A stretch of 64,000 bases of DNA. Source: an uncultured Bacteroidales bacterium. Its GTDB lineage: Bacteria; Bacteroidota; Bacteroidia; Bacteroidales; VadinHA17. How positions within the stretch are numbered: the stretch's first letter is position 1; every line of letters begins with the position of its first letter. Below the pieces are notes generated by a model. It was not told where the DNA came from. It saw only the letters and a list, made by a program, of their open reading frames with translations, and ran no database searches. A program made the position numbers and the translations under genes. Shown here piece after piece: positions 57,145 to 64,000 of the stretch. The DNA lies in contig CAWIQG010000005.1 of the NCBI GenBank assembly GCA_963838215.1, forward strand, positions 83,310 through 147,309, written 5' to 3'.

Positions 57145-58578
57145 TTATACCAACCTTAATCCTAATACAAGTATATCATCTACCTGTTCGCGCTTCCCTT
57201 TCCAATCGAGGTGAACTTTACTGATAATTTCCTTTTGCACCTGCACAGGTTTATCCCAAATCTCCAGAAGCATTCCGCGATACTTCTTCGATAAAAACTT
57301 ATGTCCATGTTCTCCTCCAACCTGATCAGAATAACCATCAGTTGAAAGGTATAGCATATCTCCTCTTTTATATTCTAATCTTGTTTTCGAGAACGGAAAG
57401 GATTCTGTTGAATATCCAACCAAAAAGTTATCTGACCCGATGGATAAGATTTCACAATCTTCTTTAATATCAATCTGTACATTCCTTTCAAAATTAGTGT
57501 TGCTTTCCGGGTGAGTGGAAGGTTGTCTGAAGATATACATTGGAGGTGTAAAGGATCCGGAATACTCTATGATCTTATCATCAGGATTTATCGAAATTAC
57601 CATTATGTCAATATAGACTTTTGTAACAGCCAGCTCCTTTAGATCAAGTAATTCAATTAATTCCTTTCTCAGGTTTTCAAGGATACAGGCGGTATCAGTA
57701 ATTGATTTCCCTATAATAATATTATTGAGCAGTGGAATAGCCATAGCTGTCACAAAGGCACCCGGAACACCGTATCCGGGACAATCTGCAACAGCAATAA
57801 TGATCTTTGAGTCTTTTTTGCCGACCCAGTAAAAATCTCCGCTTACCAGATTTCGTGGCTCAGAAAAAATAAAATAGTTCTCTTTATTGAGAATCTCGTC
57901 TAACCTTTCTTTGGATGGAAGCAGTGCATCCTGAATCTTCTTCGAATAGGATATACTGGAAATCATGTCTTTATTTAATACTTCCACTGACACTTTATTT
58001 TCAATGACATTATTGAGGGTCTCGACAAACTCTATCCTGACCTTTTTATAAACCGATGGTTTAAGCATCTTTGAAGTTCTTTCCAGTTCGTCGAATTTTT
58101 GCATTATTTCACGACTCTCACCGGAACTTAATTTCTTCAGATACTTGCTATCATTAAATTGAATATTATTATCCTTACATAAATTCCGGATTTTATCCCA
58201 AAACTCAGGGTCCTCTAATTTAAAGAATTGGACTGAAATAAGATACGTTGGTAATTTTATTAATGTTTCTGTTATTATAAATCGCTGCGGATTTTCCTTC
58301 AAATTAAAAAATCTGTTGTGTTCTTCTTTAATCCACTTTGATTCAAGGTATTCCTTTTTAGTTCCAATGATAAAAAGTATTTTTGCCTCTTCTAAAGCTC
58401 TATCTATGCTATCAGAATAATTTGACTCCTTAACATCTTTGTCACTAAAAAAAGTTCTGACACCATAATTCTCAAGAAACTCTTTTAAGTCTTTGGCTAT
58501 TTGGGCATCTCGTGTAGGCTGATCATTTTCTTTTGCTTTAAAAGATATGAATACGTCGTATTTCTCAGAGGTTTCCAT
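57145..58578 (-). CDS. TIR-domain protein fused to SpoIIE/PPM-type phosphatase domain
   Basis: 477 aa. N-terminal TIR pattern YDVFISFKAKEND...GVRTFFSDKD...AKILFIIGTKKEYLESKWIKEE (SxW...E glutamate present). The C-terminal SpoIIE-like domain reads IQDALLPS, SGDFYW, VADCPGYGVPGA, STDGYSDQ and DDILVLGL. Confidence 0.78.
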   Translation of the reverse strand: METSEKYDVFISFKAKENDQPTRDAQIAKDLKEFLENYGVRTFFSDKDVKESNYSDSIDRALEEAKILFIIGTKKEYLESKWIKEEHNRFFNLKENPQRFIITETLIKLPTYLISVQFFKLEDPEFWDKIRNLCKDNNIQFNDSKYLKKLSSGESREIMQKFDELERTSKMLKPSVYKKVRIEFVETLNNVIENKVSVEVLNKDMISSISYSKKIQDALLPSKERLDEILNKENYFIFSEPRNLVSGDFYWVGKKDSKIIIAVADCPGYGVPGAFVTAMAIPLLNNIIIGKSITDTACILENLRKELIELLDLKELAVTKVYIDIMVISINPDDKIIEYSGSFTPPMYIFRQPSTHPESNTNFERNVQIDIKEDCEILSIGSDNFLVGYSTESFPFSKTRLEYKRGDMLYLSTDGYSDQVGGEHGHKFLSKKYRGMLLEIWDKPVQVQKEIISKVHLDWKGKREQVDDILVLGLRLV

Positions 58579-59094
58579 AAATTGTATGTTGTTTTTTGCA
58601 AATAGTCAGAATTATATCCTGTAACTAAGAATTATTATTTCAGAAATATTTTGAACGAATAGATGAACAGGGGCAGTTAAAGCGCGAGAAAATATAATAA
58701 AATAATTTGTTTCGCAGGTCATCTGTTTATTATTTAAACATTGCTAATTATCATTTAAAGTAAGATAACTATCCAATATTGAACTTTTTTGGATTTAACC
58801 TTAGTTACTCATAAAAGAAGAGGTGTGTTCTTCATTTACAATCTAATTTAGTTATACTTAAAGTGATTACACATTTAAAACCTTTAGTACAATAATAGAC
58901 AAAAAAAATGAGATTGCCACATCAGCACTTGACCTTTTTTCGAAAGAAAGTAAAAATGTTGAGCTTATTTTAGTAAACGATTTTCATGTTGTAATGTCAC
59001 AACTGTTTAACGAAATACACATAATCCTTTACCAGTAACGAATTTTGAGTCATGATACATGAGTTGCTATTTAATATATTTAAGAGATGATAAA

Positions 59095-59128
59095 TAAAAA
59101 AGAGGCTGTCTCAACTGAAACAACCTCT
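59095..59128 (-). terminator. Rho-independent terminator downstream of the FadL-like gene
   Basis: The minus strand reads AGAGGUUGU-(10-nt loop)-ACAGCCUCU, a 9-bp stem with one G-U pair, followed by UUUUUU. It begins ~22 nt after the stop at 59151. Confidence 0.7.
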
Positions 59129-59150
59129 TTCAGAGGAAGTCATCAAAGTA

Positions 59151-60647
59151 TTAAATTCCAAACTTGTATGCTAAAGTAACTGTAAACATATTCTTCATTG
59201 TATTGATACTTGCTGCTGCAGCATCAAAAGTACCATCCGATGGATATAAAATATATGACTGGGAATACTTGTAGTTAGTGTATGCAAAATCGATAGAAAC
59301 TTTCTGTGCTCTGAACCCTATTCCGCAAGAGATTGACCTGTAATCAAGGTTTGCATTATCATCTCCGGGTTGTAATGCTTTACCATAATAGCCATATCCT
59401 GCTCTCAGATACAAATCATTAAGTCTGACTTCACCTCCGATGCGTACGTTGCTTGTTGATTTCAGGCTGTTCTTTATATTCATGTTAGTCTGACTGTAAT
59501 CATAGCCGTCACCTGTATCAGAGAACCTGGCCGTACTATAATCAACAAACTCGTAATCAACACTTAGCAGAGCAATTTTTCTTATTTGAAGTGCGACACC
59601 AGCCAAAGCCCTGAAAGGTGTTGTAAGAGCGTAGCTGTATCTCATTGCGTCGCCCATAGCTTCATAATGACCTCCGTCAGTGAAGTTTGAAGTCATGCTT
59701 TCATAGAAGTATTCATTAATCCTGTAGTATGTTGGTGAATGAAATGCAAGACCTATACGAAGAATATCAATGGGTTTAAATATCGCTCCGAGTTTCAGGG
59801 AATAACCTGTTCCTAGATCCTGATAATGCTCAGTATAAGTAAAATTTTCGAATTTTGAAGGCAAATCAACAGTGGTTGATTCGAGCTGTTCATAGTCACT
59901 TGTATAATTCAGCGTGCTTATTCCAAATGTGGCACCGAAGAATATTTTATTTGAATAGTTGCCTCCTATTGAGAAAGCATGCTCACCCGTAAACCCCTCA
60001 TTTGAAATAAGACGTTGTATGGTCTGTCCGTAGACCGATGGAGGATTATCACCATAATTTGAATAAACCGTTCCATAATCAGTATTGTGACCTGATAAGG
60101 TATCGATAACCCATGTCCGGTTAGCTAAAGAAGCATCAGGAACATTATTTGCCAGTTCACCCTTTGAGTAACCCTTGCTGATTTCTGCCCAGTAATCTGC
60201 CATTGAGCTCGATCCCGGACCTTTGATGATTACACTCTGATTCAGATTATTTGTTTTATTGAATGAATATCCGACATTAAGAGTTATTAGTCCGGTTTCT
60301 TTATTATTTGAAATGATAGAGCTGACTATACCGGCCTGATTAAGATTGAAGTTATAAAGATTATCTTTAGATGCTGTTCCGTTTAATCCGGCAGTTGATT
60401 TAATCTGGAACAATTGTGGAGTAATTGTCAGTTCTGACGACCTGAAAACTCCTATTCCAGCCGGGTTCTGGCTTAAAGAAGAGATATCGCCTCCAAGGGC
60501 CGTGAATGCGCCTCCCATCGACATAAACCTGGCAGTTCCACCATAAAATACCTGTGAATACCTTAATGCATCGTCAACGTTCTGGGCAAAAAGACCGCAG
60601 AACAAAAACAATATTGCTAAAACTACTAAACTTATTCTTTTCATCAT
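59151..60647 (-). CDS. FadL/OmpP1/TodX-like outer-membrane beta-barrel protein (putative)
   Basis: 498 aa with a signal peptide. N-terminal GGTARFMSMGGAFTALGGDISSLSQNPAGIG is typical of this family. The protein is strand-rich throughout and ends in an aromatic residue pattern (LAYKFGI). Confidence 0.55.
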   Translation of the reverse strand: MMKRISLVVLAILFLFCGLFAQNVDDALRYSQVFYGGTARFMSMGGAFTALGGDISSLSQNPAGIGVFRSSELTITPQLFQIKSTAGLNGTASKDNLYNFNLNQAGIVSSIISNNKETGLITLNVGYSFNKTNNLNQSVIIKGPGSSSMADYWAEISKGYSKGELANNVPDASLANRTWVIDTLSGHNTDYGTVYSNYGDNPPSVYGQTIQRLISNEGFTGEHAFSIGGNYSNKIFFGATFGISTLNYTSDYEQLESTTVDLPSKFENFTYTEHYQDLGTGYSLKLGAIFKPIDILRIGLAFHSPTYYRINEYFYESMTSNFTDGGHYEAMGDAMRYSYALTTPFRALAGVALQIRKIALLSVDYEFVDYSTARFSDTGDGYDYSQTNMNIKNSLKSTSNVRIGGEVRLNDLYLRAGYGYYGKALQPGDDNANLDYRSISCGIGFRAQKVSIDFAYTNYKYSQSYILYPSDGTFDAAAASINTMKNMFTVTLAYKFGI

Positions 60648-60864
60648 AATATAATTTTGATTTTAACTGTATGATGAACCCCGAAGGGCTCGCCGAAGGC
60701 AAACCACGCATGATTGAATGTTATATTGTACTTGTGTTTGTCATTGTGGTCAATCATTTGGGTTTCATAAGATTTCATTTTTGTAACACTATCAGTGCAC
60801 TCTTTTTATAAGAATTTTTATAAGAATGAATTTTGTTTATAATCACTATTTATTCAGTTCCAAA

Positions 60865-62157
60865 TTATCTCCTTCTTGATGAACCACCTGAGGAAGAACC
60901 TGACGACCCAGATGAAGATGAAGAAGAACTTCTGGAGTCAGAACCGGAAGATCCGCTGCTATATGATGAGGAAGATCTGCTACCGCCTGAAGATGAATTA
61001 CTATATGAACCTGAAGATGTTCTTCCGGCTCCCATACTTCTTATTGTCGGAACAGAATACCCTGAAGATGAACCTGATCTTCTTTGTACACCATTATATA
61101 CAGAATTGCTTCTTACATTATAAGGATTCCAGTATGAACCATGTGTTGAAGGAGTTCGGACAGAACCAGAGTTACTATTATAGACCCTGTTTGAACCATT
61201 ATTCCTGTTAACCTCAGATTTAACTCTGCTATTATTATATGAAGGCCTCGAGCTCATCCGTGGATTACTATAACTGGGAGTATAAGTTCTGTTGACCCTG
61301 CTATATTCAGGTTTTATATTTGCTGAATTTCTCTGTCCTGATGTATTGCCGGTTGAATTAACTGCCTGTTGAGATTTGACATCATTTGAAAGCGATCTTC
61401 TTTGATCAGTGGCAATTGTCTGATTTCCTGAAATTCCGGCAGATAATCTCCTTGCAACTTCGGAACTTCCTCCGGATGAGAGAAAAGAGTTTCTTCTTGA
61501 AGAAGTGGAAAGAGACATACTACTGTTATATCTGGATGAAAGGGTGCTAGGCCTGTCTCTTCTGCCATAAGGGAAAGAACTCCTTCCTTCGTTATAACCA
61601 TAGTAACGGGGATAATATAAACCAAATCCACCATAAAAACCGCCATAAAGGCCATAGAGCCCACCATAAAGGCCACCATAATAGTCACCAAAGTATCCAT
61701 AACTATATGGATAAAAATAATTATAGGCATATGGGAACCCTCCAAAACCAAATCCCATCGATGGGTAACCCCAGTCAAAATAATACGGGTCTTCCCAATA
61801 AGGATTAAAATAATTGCCGTAAAACCTGCTCAGCCTTGCTGCATACGGGTAATTATCATAGTAATCATATCCTCCGCCATAATTATTGTCGACATCAGAA
61901 ATCGAATCGTTATAATCTACAGCATCTGAATACTGATCTGAAACAAGAGTGTCGGCTGCATATATATTATTATAGTAATTATCAGGTTTTAAGGTTACAG
62001 CTGCAACCTGCTCATTAGCAGACGGTTTATCTTTGGCTACCATTTTATCTGAACCCGAATAGTAAACATCATCGTACTCTGACCTGGTATAAAGGCTTGA
62101 TGTACAAGAGCCCAGTGTAAGCAGTGCAAGAAGTAATATGTGATATAATGCTTTCAT
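60865..62157 (-). CDS. Low-complexity lipoprotein: Tyr/Gly/Asp-rich core and Ser/Arg/Asn-rich tail
   Basis: 430 aa. Lipobox LLTLGSC. Core YGYFGDYYGGLYGGLYGLYGGFYGGFGLYYPRYYGY. The tail ends SSSSSSGSSGSSSGGSSRRR. Coding is assigned to the minus strand because of the signal peptide and the paralogue next door. Confidence 0.6.
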   Translation of the reverse strand: MKALYHILLLALLTLGSCTSSLYTRSEYDDVYYSGSDKMVAKDKPSANEQVAAVTLKPDNYYNNIYAADTLVSDQYSDAVDYNDSISDVDNNYGGGYDYYDNYPYAARLSRFYGNYFNPYWEDPYYFDWGYPSMGFGFGGFPYAYNYFYPYSYGYFGDYYGGLYGGLYGLYGGFYGGFGLYYPRYYGYNEGRSSFPYGRRDRPSTLSSRYNSSMSLSTSSRRNSFLSSGGSSEVARRLSAGISGNQTIATDQRRSLSNDVKSQQAVNSTGNTSGQRNSANIKPEYSRVNRTYTPSYSNPRMSSRPSYNNSRVKSEVNRNNGSNRVYNSNSGSVRTPSTHGSYWNPYNVRSNSVYNGVQRRSGSSSGYSVPTIRSMGAGRTSSGSYSNSSSGGSRSSSSYSSGSSGSDSRSSSSSSSGSSGSSSGGSSRRR

Positions 62158-62340
62158 TTTTCGTTCCCCCTATAGTTTTCTTTTTAACGTGCAAATATTA
62201 TACCAAAGAAACATATTTTTAGAACTAACTTTTTATAATTCAATAAATTTATCATCAATTCGAGGTTAATTATTGAAATATGAGAGATGCATCAAGAGGT
62301 CAATTAATTATCTTCTGGCTGATTTCTCGTTTGTTGAGGT

Positions 62341-63294
62341 TTACTTTGGCCTGGCAACTTTTGATTTATTTCTCGATGAAATTATTTTCCTTAGAGAAGA
62401 TAAAAATCCTGGTCTGGAAGAAGATGAGCTTCCTGATGATGAACCGATCTTTCTTCCAGGATCAGAACCTGCAACTGAAGACCCTGATCGTCTTACCGGA
62501 ACATTGTTATTTCCATGGTTTACTGTGCTCCTGTCATTACTATACACCTGCCTGTCATTATAAGTTTGCCTGGTATTTCTTCTTGTTCCATCAGACTGAA
62601 GACTTTTGTCCGATCTTTCTGTTATATTATTCCTGTTAACTGCAACCATTGATGAATTGACTGACGAAACATCTCTTCCCGAAAAATTCCCTGATGATGT
62701 GCCGGTAATGTTATCGGGTCTTCTTCGGGATAAGTTGTTTAAAGACGAATTACCTGAAAAAAGATGATTGTCATAATTTGTATGATAACCGCCTCTGTAA
62801 TTGTTGTAACCACTGTTATTCCTGTTCCAGCCGTAATAATTATCTGCCCATCTGCTCCTTATTCTTGCATCTGAATACCAGTAATTGAAATAAAATGGAT
62901 CATAGCCCCGGTAAAATGAACTTACAAAATAAGGATTGTACCATCCGGTATTGTAGCCGTAACCAAAATTATAAACCGGATAATTGAAAGGAAATCCGAA
63001 TCCGAATCCTAATCCGAAACCAGCTCCTCCATAAATGCTTATTCCCCATGAAAAAGGCCTGTAATTGTACCAGTATGAATCGGTAAAAAGAGGAGAATAA
63101 TAATCAAAGACAGCATATTGCCTGTGGAACCTGTTTATCCGCGATGAATAATAATAGTCATAATCGACATAATAATTATTTATCACTGTACCGTCATCAT
63201 TCCTGTAATCCTGCATATCGGTCATTTGGGCTTTTATTGTTGATCCGGTAAGAATAAGGACCGGTAGAATTCCTATGTAATGTTTTGCTTTCAT
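62341..63294 (-). CDS. Low-complexity exported protein, paralogue of 60865..62157
   Basis: 317 aa. Signal peptide MKAKHYIGILPVLILTGSTIKAQ. It shares YYVDYDYYYSSRINRF (vs YDYYDNYPYAARLSRF), an aromatic/Gly core (GGAGFGLGFGFGFPFNYPVYNFGYGY) and a Ser/Arg/Asn tail with a basic terminus. Confidence 0.6.
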   Translation of the reverse strand: MKAKHYIGILPVLILTGSTIKAQMTDMQDYRNDDGTVINNYYVDYDYYYSSRINRFHRQYAVFDYYSPLFTDSYWYNYRPFSWGISIYGGAGFGLGFGFGFPFNYPVYNFGYGYNTGWYNPYFVSSFYRGYDPFYFNYWYSDARIRSRWADNYYGWNRNNSGYNNYRGGYHTNYDNHLFSGNSSLNNLSRRRPDNITGTSSGNFSGRDVSSVNSSMVAVNRNNITERSDKSLQSDGTRRNTRQTYNDRQVYSNDRSTVNHGNNNVPVRRSGSSVAGSDPGRKIGSSSGSSSSSRPGFLSSLRKIISSRNKSKVARPK

Positions 63295-63365
63295 GATGAA
63301 CCTCCATTTATATTTTGAATAATAACTGAAGTTTTTAATTATTTTTGCGCAATCTATTTCTTTAA

Positions 63366-64000
<635 letters not shown>

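Noticed and set aside
30034-58578. The possibility that the accessory block is a mobile genomic island or prophage
   Set aside because: I found no integrase, transposase, tRNA target, flanking direct repeats or phage structural genes on either strand. Only comparison with related genomes could show that it is an insertion.
60679-60700. GC-rich patch in the AT-rich spacer upstream of the FadL-like gene: direct repeat CCGAAGG x2, forming two mini-hairpins on the minus strand (CCC-UUCG-GGG and GCC-UUC-GGC)
   Set aside because: The stems are only 3 bp, there is no U-tract, and I recognise no RNA family. It could be a protein-binding direct repeat, but the evidence is too thin to call.
60833-62563. 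Plus-strand acidic ORFs (EPEDP/DEEE-rich; 60833..61123, 62273..62563 and others) and the alternate-frame ORF 61314..61778
   Set aside because: They lie opposite or within the Ser/Arg-rich and Tyr/Gly-rich low-complexity genes, where poly-Ser codons read as Glu/Asp-rich antisense. They lack signal peptides and paralogue support, so the minus-strand genes are preferred.

Overview
Low-GC, Bacteroidota-like chromosomal window. Supporting signs are T9SS type-A and type-B C-terminal sorting domains, TAnnTTTG promoter boxes, a relA-fur-purA neighbourhood and an archaeal/eukaryote-type ProRS. It is probably an anaerobe (rubredoxin, citrate lyase, membrane polyferredoxin). No rRNA, tRNA, CRISPR array, transposase or integrase was found.

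1-30 kb holds ordinary housekeeping and metabolic genes: glyA (partial), a ClC channel, an M16 peptidase pair, a T9SS type-B cargo protein, relA/spoT, fur, purA, an acyl-CoA ligase, GH2, an IDH-family dehydrogenase and pepD. It also holds a rubredoxin-citF-citD::citE-epimerase block, a Tat-DUF362 plus polyferredoxin pair, larC-larE-larB and wbqC.

30.0-58.6 kb is an accessory block entirely on the minus strand, and I do not recognise it as a described system. Two adjacent SpoIIE/PPM phosphatases carry unusual N-termini (TIR; RyR repeats). They are followed by an almost gap-free ~25-kb gene train:
- a 3389-aa T9SS adhesin built from near-identical 273/270/255-bp tandem repeats
- an exported barrel-like protein
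- a PKD lipoprotein
- three tandem paralogues of an exported protein family, two of which carry a vWA/MIDAS domain
- a MacB/FtsX-type ABC pair
- a membrane PP2C
- a small ORF
- a membrane Hanks kinase with an external FGE-sulfatase-type domain

Two genes of this train (PP2C and one vWA paralogue) are each broken by a single-base shortfall in a short G/C homopolymer. This may be real decay or a sequencing indel.

59-64 kb holds a FadL-like outer-membrane protein with a clear terminator, two paralogous Tyr/Gly-rich plus Ser/Arg-rich low-complexity exported proteins, and proS (partial).

All domain calls rest on motif recognition by eye, and no searches were run. Hand-derived coordinates may be off by 1-3 nt.
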